From: Marsupella aquatica
Taxonomy: Eukaryota > Plantae > Marchantiophyta
NCBI GenBank assembly: GCA_973895155.1
Contig: OZ316894.1
Coordinates: 13,385,480 to 13,449,479 of the forward strand
Length of the DNA stretch: 64,000 nucleotides
Direction: 5' to 3'
The position numbers and the translations under genes are program-made. Of this stretch, positions 51,301 through 63,530 are shown in pieces. Numbering within the stretch: position 1 is the stretch's first letter; every line of letters begins with the position of its first letter. The notes beneath the pieces were generated by a model. It had not been told where the DNA came from and made no database searches. It saw only the letters and a list, made by a program, of their open reading frames with translations.

Positions 51301-52365
51301 AGTGGCATACAATCTCTTCAACCTGGGAATTATAGGGAAATACCGCACTACCTTCCTTGCCTGTAATGAATTCCCCACTCTCTTCATCTTGGGCTGCTGA
51401 CACACTGAACAGTTTTCTAACTTGGCATTCTCACCCCTAAAGAGCATACAACCTTTCTCACAGACAGGGATTCTCTCATAATCCAAGCCAAGCTTTCTCA
51501 ATAGCTGCTTTGCAGCATATAAGTTCTTGGGCAGATTATGCTCTGTAGGCATACCATGCTCCCCCATCAAAGACAACAATGCATTCACTCCTTTGTTTGA
51601 GAATCCATGGCCATGACAGATGTTCAGCAGAAGCAACATGAATGACACAACATCTATTTTGCTGCCTGGGAACAAAGGTTGCATTGCTGCATCTAAAGAT
51701 AACTGTGCAGGATCAGTCTCCACAGGAGTTTTGGAGGTTTCAAGGGGGTTTACAGGATGGGCACCTCCTTCACTCTCATCATCCCCAAGTACAAAATCCA
51801 AGTCAAAACGGTCCTGATCATCTAGCTCATGCTCAGGGGATTCTTCACTGGTTCTCAGCAACGTTTCTTCCAGTAGAGCCCTGATATGTTCTTCGACATC
51901 TATAGTTGGATGTTCTTGAACATCCACAGTTGGATACTCTGGAACATCCACAGTTGGATACTCTGGAACATCTACAAATAAATGTTCTTCAACATCTACA
52001 GTTGGCTGTTGTGCACAGGTTGCCTGCTGAAGGTTTGCTACCCTCAATGCCTCAGGGCCATGTTGTGACATGTAGTCAGCACCCCACTCTTCATCAGAAG
52101 AGTCCTGTCCCTCTCCCACCCACACTCGACATGCAGGGTACCGACCATGTTTAATAAGGTGCAGTCTAGCAGTATTCCGATTAGTCCTATAATTCCCTTT
52201 GCAGTTCACACAAGGGCAGTACATCTTATGGTCCCCACTCTTGTGGCAGGCCTTCTGTTCTCGAACCCACAAAGCATCATCACGATGTTGTACTCTAGCT
52301 GGATGGAAGAGCGGCAACTTTGGAGTTCTACCCACACCTAACGTATTCTGTGGCAATTGTGCCAT
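48372..52365 (-). CDS. CACTA TnpD/Tnp2 transposase (Transposase_21, DUF4218, DUF4216); 3 exons, apparently open
   Basis: CPCVNC..HLIKHG; FAAEPRNVRFGLALDGVNPF; WTINDYPAYG; LDPMHCEKN; GLKSHDFH; FPPSFFDVMTHL..HLVEEL..CGPV..RWMYPIER; YVFPKQVEQVFF. Confidence 0.92.
51890..52010 (-). repeat. In-frame 24-bp tandem repeat (PTVDVxEx, ~5 units) inside TnpD
   Basis: PTVDVEEH LFVDVPEY PTVDVPEY PTVDVQEH PTIDVEEH. Confidence 0.85.
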
Positions 52366-52962
52366 GCTAGCTTGATTGAAATTGTATTCAAACTATGATT
52401 TTCAAACTGAATCAGAGTGACATGCATACAAAATTGGGCCTACCGTCACAGTTGTACAACCGATGCCAACCACAGTCCAATTGCTCAAACCCACAGAGCC
52501 CAGTTTCTCAAATCCACTGTAGTAGGGCACCTTCTCCTTGCATACAAATAGAGCATCACATACAGTGTCATCAGAATGATACTATGAACGTAAATCTCTG
52601 TGCCTTCATCATTTCCAGTATTTGTTTGCCTATTAGGAATGTGAGCAGACAGGTCTGGAATAAGTAACGTTTGTGACACCAGTGACAAATTTACAAGTGA
52701 AGTTTAGACATCAATATGGAGGAAAGTCACACTCAAAGTACATGCTTGAAAATCAGAATCCTACCCTGGAAAAGATAATAAAGTTGATTTCTCAAAATTA
52801 ATTGCCTCAATCCGCAATGCACTGTCGTAGAGTGTGTATACATGAGGAGTTCATCAAACTGCATATAAATAGTCCACATGTTTTAGCACTCTGAAAATTG
52901 TTTAAGTCCACGTGAAACCATCAAAAAGCTCTATCTCAAGTTTGTGTTCGATCCAGCCTCAA

Positions 52963-53622
52963 TCAAATCCAAGATATGTGGCTCCTAGCAGGAGTGCCTA
53001 GTGTAGGGTCAATGTCATGGTCAGGACAGTAAAACATCCCCTTCTTGGGCTGCCCATGCGCTGAGTGATCCCAAATTGTTCGATCATGGGCAAATCCCCT
53101 CTGCTGGATAAACAGCAGGCAGTCTTTGTGCCATGCCTTAGGACACCTCATGCACTGAACCAAAAAGCCATTAGCCCCATCATTGGGCCCCTGTCCACAA
53201 GTAAGACAAATATGGAGTCCACATGATGCTGTGCCAGGAACCAAACACTGCCGACAGTAAAACCGGGCACAGAGAGAGTCTGGACATTTTCTTACCTCTT
53301 CACCAATTTTTCCAGACACATGGCACTTAAAGCAAGAATGTTCCTCATTCTTGCAATCAACACAAAGCCATTCTCCAACATGGCCATCAGCGAGGGATAT
53401 AGTTGGGCATAGCCATTGCTGACCCAAAGGACAGGAAACATTCTTATGGAAATGTCGGTGGCAAGGCCCATCACAAACAATGAGATCCCCTCCCTCATCA
53501 CAAATCGCACATACATGTGGACTATTCTGGTTAATCTCAATGTCTGAATATAAGGACAATTGAGGTGCTTGAGAGGATTCACCTCTGCAACGATTCATGG
53601 CCTTCTGCTTATTGCGAGCCAT
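52963..53622 (-). CDS. Stand-alone EDM2-like composite PHD-finger protein inside the CACTA
   Basis: accATGG start; CAICDEGGDLIVCDGPCHRHFH..WLCVDC..HSCFKC..EVRKC...C.RFY..CGLHIC..C..LVQCMRCPKAWHKDCL..YCPDHDIDPTLGTPARSHI matches the EDM2 PHD layout; ORF is intact. Confidence 0.8.
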   Translation of the reverse strand: MARNKQKAMNRCRGESSQAPQLSLYSDIEINQNSPHVCAICDEGGDLIVCDGPCHRHFHKNVSCPLGQQWLCPTISLADGHVGEWLCVDCKNEEHSCFKCHVSGKIGEEVRKCPDSLCARFYCRQCLVPGTASCGLHICLTCGQGPNDGANGFLVQCMRCPKAWHKDCLLFIQQRGFAHDRTIWDHSAHGQPKKGMFYCPDHDIDPTLGTPARSHISWI

Positions 53623-55889
53623 GGTCCTGCACACTCAGACCCTACATCAGATTGTGAAACAAGAAGGAATAACAGGGTGCAGTATGACACAAAAGAATGA
53701 GGGTGCAGCATAAAATATGACATGTAACCACAAGGGTGCAACATAAACCAATGCTTTATAGATGGCAAAGCATTTAGGACTGAGCAGCGCAAATAACCTT
53801 GGCCTAGATGATTGGAAGCAATCACAAATATTGCAACCTGTATGCCTTTGCTTGCTGTACAGCAGTGCTCACTCACCCTGCCTTTTTAAAATCTGTAAGG
53901 GCAACACAGAAAAAATAGCAATTGAGTTTCAGCAAAGCATTCATTTGGCTCTCAAGTTTTAAAATGGACAGAGCAAACACAACAATGTGCACAACAAAGC
54001 ACAGAGAGCAACAAAACTCCAGCAAACTGGGACTCAGGCAAGAGATACGAATTTTAGCAGCGAAATCAAATCAAGATTCGGACCTGTGAGTTCAACATGC
54101 AGTGCTCACTCACCCTGCCCTTTTTTAAATCTGTAAAAATCAAGTTTTATTGTGTGCCTTCTACATCTTAAGCTGCTGCACACATCTGTTACAGAACCAT
54201 AAGTTGCTTTACTCTCAACAAGCTGCTGGTCCACCCACTTTTTCAAAAGCTGCACCGTACTCTATCTTCGTGCACAAATGACTATACCGGGCTGCTGTCA
54301 GAGACCCTTACGAAGGATTTAAAATTGACCAAGCTGATTTTAGTTTAGTTTTGTCCAGTTTGCAGACCAAAGGAAATCATGTGGCTGTATTCATGGAGTT
54401 GTATTCATTGCTGTGTATGGATGTTGTGTGAACATCAGACAGTTAGCTGTAAATTACCATAGTTGAAGAGCAAGGCTTGTACAAAAGCCACTAAGGAATT
54501 CTCTGAGGTGGCACAGCAGTTGGCAAACCACACACGAAACTCTGAAACTTTTTGGCGACAAAATTCTACAGAGTCGCTGCTAGAATCAAGTGAGGATTCA
54601 CCATACATGCTTGCACTTCTCTTCAGTAAAAAAAAGAGAAAAGAAAAGGGCTATGATACAGAGGGATGTCAAAAGAAGAGTAAGGAAACCAATTCATTGA
54701 GGAACATAGACAGACTAAGGAAAACATCATACAATGGAAAACTAAGGACTACATTGTAATAATAAGAGATCAAGCTCACCTTGCACCACAAACATTGTCA
54801 GACGACAACAAGACAACAAACTGAATTGAACATAGCAGACAAATCCAACAAGTAGCAATCAGAAATCAACAGCAGACAGACAAAGGACAACTTGGTCAGA
54901 ACTCGGGCACTTGATTCAGTTGTGGTAAATAGCTGTTCAGGTTCTGGACAAGCAAGAGCAATACGTGAGCAGACTCCAGAAAAATCATCTCTTGAGATTG
55001 AGGAGAAAGGCATTTCCCAGCCAGCTTACTTATGTCTTGAAAAATGTATCGGACATCGTGGACGCTGGGCCTCAGCTGCTGGCCGCAAGGGAAGATTTTG
55101 CCAAAACAAACAATAAAGCTCGAAGATAGTTAAATTTCTTAGGTCTTTCTAAATGGGGACTGAATTAGCAATTAGAACCAGTAAACCCTGATCTTGGGCA
55201 GGCAGAGAGAGAAGAGTCCGCGCCTAATACTTATGTCTACCCGAATTTTACTGGGACATATGAGCATTGGGATGCCATTGCAAAGCAGAATTTTGTAGCA
55301 GTGGAAGGAATCAACATAGATAGCAGTGGAAGGTCGCAGTGGAGCTAGCATGGTACAGGGAAGGAAATGCAGGCATTGTGCGAGAAAGTGCAATGGCTAG
55401 TTCTATGGGATTTCCTTCTCCAATCCATGACAGTGCCGACGACACGCACAACTGCTACAATCAGTGCGCGTCCAGGATGCTCCATCGCATCACGTCAGGG
55501 AACTCAACATTCTAGACATTCGAAAACTGCATTCACATTTCTCTGCAAAGGGAACTCAACATTGTAGACATTCAAAAACTGGTGCAAAACTCAGGCACTT
55601 AGAGAGAGAGGGACAGAGAGAGAGCGAGAAAGAGAGAGCAAATAGTCTCTTAGCAATCGGAGCTTCTCTGTCATTGCCATAAGCATACTAGCAGACACTA
55701 AGCAACAGAACAAGAAGGCAACATTGGATTCATGGACTGACAGCACATTGGTAGCACATTGGCAAAAGCAAAGCAAAAATGCAGAATGAACAAATGGCCA
55801 GAAGGGGAAGAAGCGCAAAATTGCACAACTGACCTTCTCGCACCTCAGCCCAAACTCGCTCCCACAGATATAAGTTCTTGCAGCTCCTT

Positions 55890-56223
55890 GATGGAACCTC
55901 CTGTAGGTTCTCGCCGATTGCAACTCCTCACCCACAGCTTCTTGCCGATTGTAGCTTGCTGCTGATTGCAACTCGTCGCTGATTTGCAGCTCGTCCTCCG
56001 CTCCTCACCCGCAGCTTATCGCCGATTGTAGGTCGTCCTCCGCTCCTCGCCCGCAGCTTATCGCTGATTGTAGGTCGTCCTCCGCTCCTCGCCCGCAGCT
56101 TATCGCCGATTGTAGGTCGTCCTCCGCTCCTCGCCCGCAGCTTATCGCCGATTGCAGCTCATCCTCCGCTCCTCACCCGCAGCTTATCGCCGATTGCAGC
56201 TCATCCTCCGCTCCTCACCCGCA
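55890..56223. repeat. ~41-bp tandem repeat, 6 good copies plus degenerate ones
   Basis: cgtcctccgctcctcgcccgcagcttatcgccgattgtagg repeated. Confidence 0.92.
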
Positions 56224-56789
56224 ACAATGACAAATGTAAAGAAGCTATTGCCTTGACCCTGCAATCGGGCACTCCAAAGCCCGAATGTCCTCCAAAGCGC
56301 AGGGTCCTCCAAAGAAGCTCCCAAGTCCTACCGAGGTGCTCCGCCGACCGCGCGCAACAAGCTCAAAAACAATTGTAGCCTGAATGGCTTCGGGTCGGAG
56401 CTCCTCCTCTAAACCTTGCAAATGGTCACTAAAACAATGCCACGTCCAACGCTTCACTCAAACAATGCCTCACCCAATGCTTGCCCGAACAATGCCTCGC
56501 CCAACGCTTCGAAGGGTGTCGAAGCTTGGTGGAATGGAGCACAACGCTGCGCAACCCTAAGCCCTTGCAATGTGCACACAAAGGCATGCCAAGAAATGAG
56601 CACATCGAGCGTTGCCCTCTCGATGTTTTTTCAGGAAAAAGGGCTCCTGTTGGTACGCAAGAACACTTAGCGGGAAAAACCTAATGCTAGACCCCTAAAG
56701 CCCGTAAAGGTAAGGTATTCTGTTGGATGGGGATGGTGGATATTGTGGGTCATTAATTAGGGTTATATTCTGACAATATCTCTCACATG

Positions 56790-56980
56790 TCTGGACCCCC
56801 CATAAGGCCCTAGGGAAGTTGAGACTAGGTTAATAACAATGTAAACCCCCCCCCCCATAAGGCCCTAGGGAAATACCAACTATAGAGGTTAATAACAAGG
56901 TCCGGACGCCCCCATAAGGCCCTAAGTAGGGAAGGCAAGGTTAATAACTCATAATGTCACGACCCCCCCCATAAGGTCAT
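56790..56980. repeat. Four ~55-60-bp repeats
   Basis: cccccataaggcccta...ggttaataac units. Confidence 0.8.
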
Positions 56981-57479
56981 GGCTGTTTGTGTAGGTGCCA
57001 ACAAGAATGTTAAGGACCAATGTTATATATAAAAAATGATGCTAGCGATATAAAAGGTCCGATATATGCCCGCGATATAAACCCATAACCCGCATGCATG
57101 AACACCATTTTGGACTACCTTATTGTCTCACCATATGATAGTGATACTCATCCAAATATTAGCATTTAATAGCTCTCCACTCCTGACTCAATTGAGAGAA
57201 ACCCTCATTCATGACTCAAGCACAATTATAGGGTCCCTTACATGCTACATGACCACTACATATGAGGCTATGTTGTGTAAGAGTTTTTGAGAGCATTACA
57301 CCAAAGCATTAATAAGTGAGCCTTCCCATGACTATATGACCTCCAATATGCCAACATTAATGGCTTCCAATATGACAGCGTGAGTGACCCCACGTTTAGT
57401 CCTCAGATTGAAGCACCATTTAATTCACAAATGACCCAATGAACTCCCTTGTACCTCCAAAGAGAACCCCCCAATAGCC

Positions 57480-60400
57480 TTTGTAAAGACCACATTTCCA
57501 GTCATTTGGTACTTCTGACCTCTAGTATGACAACCAAGATTACCCTAATTTGAGGTGTTTCCATTAATGACACACCATGAGGGACCTCTCTAATGACCAC
57601 ATATGCAGTCAATTGCTCCAAATGACCTCTAACTGACTACCAAAATGACCCTTATTGTAGTCATTGACATTAATGACACACATTATGTGAAAATGACCCA
57701 ATGAAGAGTATACTACCTCTCGGAGTGCCCCTTTACAATTCCTTTGGAATTTAATAGAATATATCCAAAATCCAAATATTGGCACAAACATGACATAGTT
57801 ATATAGAAGGACATAGTCTTCCACTAGTATTGCACTATATACCTCTTGGAGAGACAAAAACAATTTTTGTATGCATGCCTTAGGATGGTATGCATGCATG
57901 GTGACACTTTTGGCAAATCACTCCAAAGTTGTATGACTTGGGAGTGATTTCCCCAAGGTTGCATCATCCCTTAAGTAATTGCAAAAACATGGCTCCAAAG
58001 TGCTCATGGTGCAACTAGTGGTTGGAGAATAGTACGGTGGGTATAGTACCCCGCACCTTGTGGAGAGGTTGCCACCTTCATGTAGAGCCCCATGGCACAC
58101 TAGGGCCACCTTAAGCTCCTAGACCCAAAAGGGTCATTTCTGATGGTACGTAATGACACCATGAGGGACCTCTATAATGACCCCATATGGAGTCATTTGG
58201 CACAAATGACTTCCAAAAGGACTGCCAAAATGACCCTCACTGCAGTCTTTGGCATTAATGACACACTATTCCTCCAAAATGACCCAATGAAGATTACAAC
58301 ACCTACTCACAATGCCTTAAGTCTATTCATATGCAAAATGGAGTATTCCCCATCCAAACACCGGCACAAACATGACACAATTACATCACAAGATGACAAC
58401 CTTCCATTGGTGTTGCGCTACTTCTTGGAGAGACAAAAAATGGCTCCATTTGCGCTTGGATACGGTGGTATGCATCCATGGTGACACTTTTGGCAAATCA
58501 CTCCAAAGTTGTATGACTTGGGAGTGATTTCCCCAAGGTGCATCATGCCTTAAGTAAATGCAAAAACATGTGTCCAAAGTGTTCATGGCACAACTAGTGG
58601 TTGGACGATGATGAGTATAGTGTCCCGCACCTAGTGGAGGGGGTTCTCACCTCTATGTGGGGCCCCATGGCACTCTAGGGCCCACCTCCAGCCCCTAGCC
58701 CCAAACTGGTCATTTGTGCTTCTGCTTAATGATTGCACAAGGGACCCCTCAAATGACCACAAATCCAGTCATTTGACTTATGTGACAGCCCATATGACAG
58801 ATTTAATGACCCTACTTGTAGTCATTGGTATTTATGACACCAATTTTTTCAGAAATGACTCAATGAAGATTACACTACCTTCTTGAGTGCCCCATCACTA
58901 TTCATTTGCAAAATAGAATATTCCCCATCCAAACACCGGCACAAACATGACACAATTACATGGAACGACAACAGCCTTGCACTACTTCTTGCAGAGACCA
59001 AAAAAATGGCTTCATTTCCTTTAGATAGGATGGTATGCATCAATGGTGACACTTTTGGCAAATCACTCCAAAGTCGTACGACTTGGGAGTGATTTCCCCA
59101 AGATTATATCATCCCTTAAGTAAACACAAAAACATGGCTCCAAACTGCTAATGGTGCAACTAGTGGTTGGAGAATAGTAATTATAGTATTTGACACCTAG
59201 TGGAGGGGTTGCGAGCTCTATGTGGTGCCACATGGCACTCTAGGGCCCACCTCCAGCCCTTAGCTCCAAATTGGTCATTCATGCTTGTCTTCAATGACTG
59301 CACTAGAGACCCCTCAAATGACAACAAGTCCAGTCATTTGAATTATATGACATCCCATATGACCAATTCAATGACCCTACTTGTGGTCATTGACACTTAT
59401 GACATGACTCTGTTAAAAAATGACCCAAAGAAGGTCCTAGCACCGCCAGAGAGAGCCCGCTCTACATTCCTTGCAAAAATGGAATAATCGTATACCTTTA
59501 AACATCAGACACATCATAGAGGGAAGCACCACTACCACACCCATTCCATTGGTGTTGCGCTACCTCTTGGAGAGACAAAAAAGGGCTTCATTTGCGTTTG
59601 GAATAGTGGTATGCATCCATGGTGACACTTTTGGCAAATCACTCCAAAGTCATACGACTTGGGAGTGATTTCCCCAAAGGTGCATCATGCCTTAAGTAAA
59701 CGCAAAAACATGTGTCCAAGGTGTTTATGTCGCAACTAGTGGTTGGACAATGATGAGTATAGTGTCCCGCACGCAATGGAGGGGTTCTCACCTCTATGTG
59801 GGGTCACATGGCACTCTAGGGCCCACCTCCAGCCCCTAGCCCCAAACTGGTCATTTGTGCTTTTCCTTAATGACTGCATAAGGGACCCCTCAAATGACCA
59901 CAAATCCAGTCATTAGACTGATATGACTTTCCATATGACAGTTTTAATGACCCTGCTTTTAGTCATTGATATTTATGACGGTCCATTGCTCACATATGAC
60001 CCAATAAAGGCCCTGGTACCTCCAAAGAGAGCCCGCTTTAGATTCCTTGCAAGGTTGGAATATTCCTCTTCCCTAAACCCGCACCCACACCATACAGGGA
60101 AGCACGACTCCCCTGCCCATTCCATTGGTGCAGCACCACCTCTTGGAGAACCCAAAAACAACTTTTATTTGCCTTTGTATGTGATGGTGTGCATGCATGG
60201 CAACACTTTTGGCAAATCACTCCAAAGTCGTACGACTTGGGAGTGATTTCCCCAAAGGTGCATCATGCCTTAAGGAAACACAAAAACTTGTGTCCAAGGT
60301 GTTTATGTCGCAACTAGTGGTTGGACAATGATGAGTATAGTGTCCCGCACGCAATGGAGGGGTTCTCACCTCTATGTGGGGCCCATGGCACTCTAGGGCC

Positions 60401-62150
60401 CACCTCAAGCCCCTAGCCCCAAAATGGTCATTTGTGCTTTTCCTTAATGACTACATAAGGGACCCCTCAAATGACCACAAATCCAGTCATTAGACTGATA
60501 TGACTCTCCATATGACAATTTTAATGACCCTACTTTTAGTCATTGGCATTTATGACGGGCCATTGCTCACATATGACCCAATAAAGGCCCTAGTACCTCC
60601 AAAGAGAGCCAGCTTTAGATTCCTTGCAAGGTTGGAATATTCCTCTTCCCTAAATCTGCACCCACACCATACCCTAAAAGCATGACTCCCCTGCCCATTC
60701 CATTTGGGCAGCACTACCTCTTGGAGAACCCAAAAACAACTTTTATTTGCCTTTGTATGTGATGGTGTGCATGCATGGCAACACTTTTGGAAAATCACTC
60801 CAAAGTCGTACGACTTGGGAGTGATTTCCCCAAAGGTGCATCATGCCTTAAGGAAACACAAAAACATGTGTCCAAAGTGTTTATGTCGCAACTAGTGGTT
60901 GGACAATGATGAGTATAGTGTCCCGCACCTCGTGGAGGGGTTCTCACCTCTATGTGGGGCCCCATGGCACTCTAGGGCGCACCTCCAGCCCCTAGCCCCA
61001 AACTGGTCATTTGTGCTTTTCCTTAATGACTGCATGAGGGACCCCTCAAATGACAATAATTCAGGTCATTCCACTTATATGACATCCAATGTGACCATTT
61101 TAATGACCTTTCTTGTAGTAATTGGCATTTATGACGGGCCATTGCTCACATATGACCCAATAAAGGCCCTAGTACCTCCAAAGAGAGCCAGCTTTAGATT
61201 CCTTGCAAGGTTGGAATATTCCCAAACCCTAATCCCACAGCCACACCATGCTAAGAAGCACGACTCCCCTGCCCATTCCATTCGTGCAGCACTACCTCTT
61301 GGAGAACCAAAAAACAGGTTTTATTTGCCTTTGGATGTGATGGTATACATCCATGGTTGCACTTTTGGCAAATCACTCCAAAGTCGTACGACTTGGGAGT
61401 GATTTCCCCAAAGGTGCATCATGCCTTAAGGAAACACAAAAACATGTGCCCAAAGTGTTTATGTCGCAACTAGTGGTTGGACAATGATGAGTATAGTGTC
61501 CCGCACCTAGTGGAGGGGTTCTCACCTCTATGTGGGGCCCATGGCACTCTAGGGCCCACCTCAAGCCCCTAGCCCCAAAATGGTCATTTGTGCTTTTCCT
61601 TAATGACTACATAAGGGACCCCTCAAATGACCACAAATCCAGTCATTAGACTGATATGACTCTCCATATGACAATTTTAATGACCCTACTTTTAGTCATT
61701 GGCATTTATGACGGGCCATTGCTCACATATGACCCAATAAAGGCCCTAGTACCTCCAAAGAGAGCTAGCTTTAGATTCCTTGCAAGGTTGGAATATTCCT
61801 CTTCCCTAAACCTGCACCCACACCATACTGAGAATGCACCCACACCATACTGAGAAGCATTACTCCCCTGCCCATTCCATTGGGGCAGCACTACCTCTTG
61901 GAGAACCAAAAAACAACTTTTATTTGCCTTTGGATGTGATGGTATGCATGCATTTATTTGCAAATTAAAATATTCCCCGTCCAAACACCGGCACAAACAT
62001 GACACAATTACAACAAAGCATGACAACCTTCCATTGGTATTGCCCTACTTCTTGGAGAGACAAAAAGGTTTCATTTGCCCCATGGATACGATAGTATGCG
62101 CGCATCCATATATGATGACACTTCTGGAAAATCACTCCAAAGGTGTATGA
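57480..62150. repeat. ~578-bp satellite-like tandem array (~8 units) inside the CACTA
   Basis: Anchor cacttttggcaaatcactccaaagt recurs at ~57900, 58481, 59046, 59621, 60200, 60778, 61356, 62116. Confidence 0.92.
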
Positions 62151-62224
62151 CTCTACAATTATGATAGGTGTCTGGAATGACTATTGAGTATTTTAATCTT
62201 CATATCTCTTGGGTTCTTTAATGA

Positions 62225-62745
62225 CTCTATAAGTAGTCATTTATGTAATAAGTCCATAATGACTGTATGTTATTGTAAACATTGATATATCCTGATTTTT
62301 AGATTGCCCTATATTTAGTCATTTATGCGACAAGTCCATAATGACAGTATGTTGTTGAAAACACCGATATATCCTAATTTCAAGATTGACTGTGGAGTTA
62401 GTCATTTATGAGAAAAGTCCATAATGACGGTATGTTCTTGTAAACACTGATATGTCCTAATTTCAAGATTGACCCTAGAGTTAGTCATTTATGGCAGAAG
62501 TCCATAATGACAATATGTTGTGTAAACACTGATATATTCTCATTTTCAGATTGACCCTAAATTTTGTCATTTATGAGAGAAGTCCATAATGACGGTATGT
62601 TCTTGTAAACACTAATATGTCCTAATTTCAAGATTGACCCTAGAGTTAGTCATTTATGGCAGAAGTCCATAATGACAATATGTTGTTGTAAACACTGATA
62701 TATTCTCATTTTCAGATTGACCCTAAATTTTGTCATTTAACACCG
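62225..62745. repeat. ~81-bp subterminal tandem repeats
   Basis: gtcatttatg....aagtccataatgac..tatgtt..gtaaacactgatat...agattgaccct, ~6 copies. Confidence 0.85.
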
Positions 62746-63127
62746 TTGGTTAAAATGACGATAATACATTTTTTGTCATTTATCACCGTTGTCCAAAATG
62801 ATGCAAATAGATTTTTGGTCATTTCAGTCATTGTCCAGAGTGACTATAATGTTGCTAAACACTGATTTATCATTGTTGTTATTAATTGTGTCATTTAAGA
62901 CATGTGTCTAAATTGACCATTTAGGGAAATTGGGTCATTTTGGTCGCATCAGTCATTATAGACATTATACAAAATGACGAAAAAATTAACATTTTGTCAT
63001 TTCAGTCTATTGGTCATTGTGGACAGTCATTCCCCCGTCATTCTTTTTGTGTCATTAAAACTTTTGGTCATTTATTCATCTCTGTCATTGGGTGATTGGT
63101 CATAAAGGGCCCTGTTTTCTTCTAGTG

Positions 63128-63530
63128 CTAGTTTTTGCCCGCATCCTTGCACATATCATAAATTTAAAGCCCAATTCCCAGACAATCCAATAAAAATCCT
63201 CAGAGTTGTCAATGCAGGAGAATTTACATCTAAAACCTTTGACAACTTCTGCACATCTGCAAGAATTGACGCTTAATACCCGGTCCCATACGTACACTTC
63301 CAGAACATAATAGCAGAATCATTAATTAAGCGGCTACAAATGATAGCTTGCCCCCTCCTTATGCAGACAAGCTTACCCATGTCTGCATGGGGACATGCCA
63401 TACTGCATGCCACCGCACTGCTCCATTACAAACCATCCGCTTTTAACACTAATACGTACACCTCACCACATGGCATACGGGACAATCTTGAATGACTGTA
63501 TCCCACCTACGAACCTTTGGATGGCAATGT
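63128..63530 (+). pseudogene. Ty1/copia (Bianca-like) integrase fragment
   Basis: FPDNPIKILRVVNAGEFTSKTFDNFC...PVPYVHFQNIIAESLIKRLQMIACPLL...WGHAILHA. Confidence 0.8.

Larger units (their letters stand above)
44023..63127 (-). mobile_element. CACTA (En/Spm) DNA transposon, ~19.1 kb
   Basis: TIRs CACTAGTAGAAAACA (44023) and CACTAGAAGAAAACA (reverse complement ending 63127); dense AATGAC/GTCATT subterminal repeats at both ends; internal Tnp2 transposase. Confidence 0.9.

Noticed and set aside
55600-55640. GA-repeat as a target of the nearby BPC retrocopy
   Set aside because: GA tracts are common in plant leaders, and the BPC copy has a damaged DNA-binding domain.
55890-56223. CRISPR-like appearance of the 41-bp repeats; likewise the dispersed 15-bp palindromes
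   Set aside because: No unique regularly sized spacers and no cas genes; eukaryotic TE context.
57609-62150. Repeated short ORFs ending GKSLQSRTTWE
   Set aside because: By-products of the 578-bp tandem array; frames are not conserved between units.
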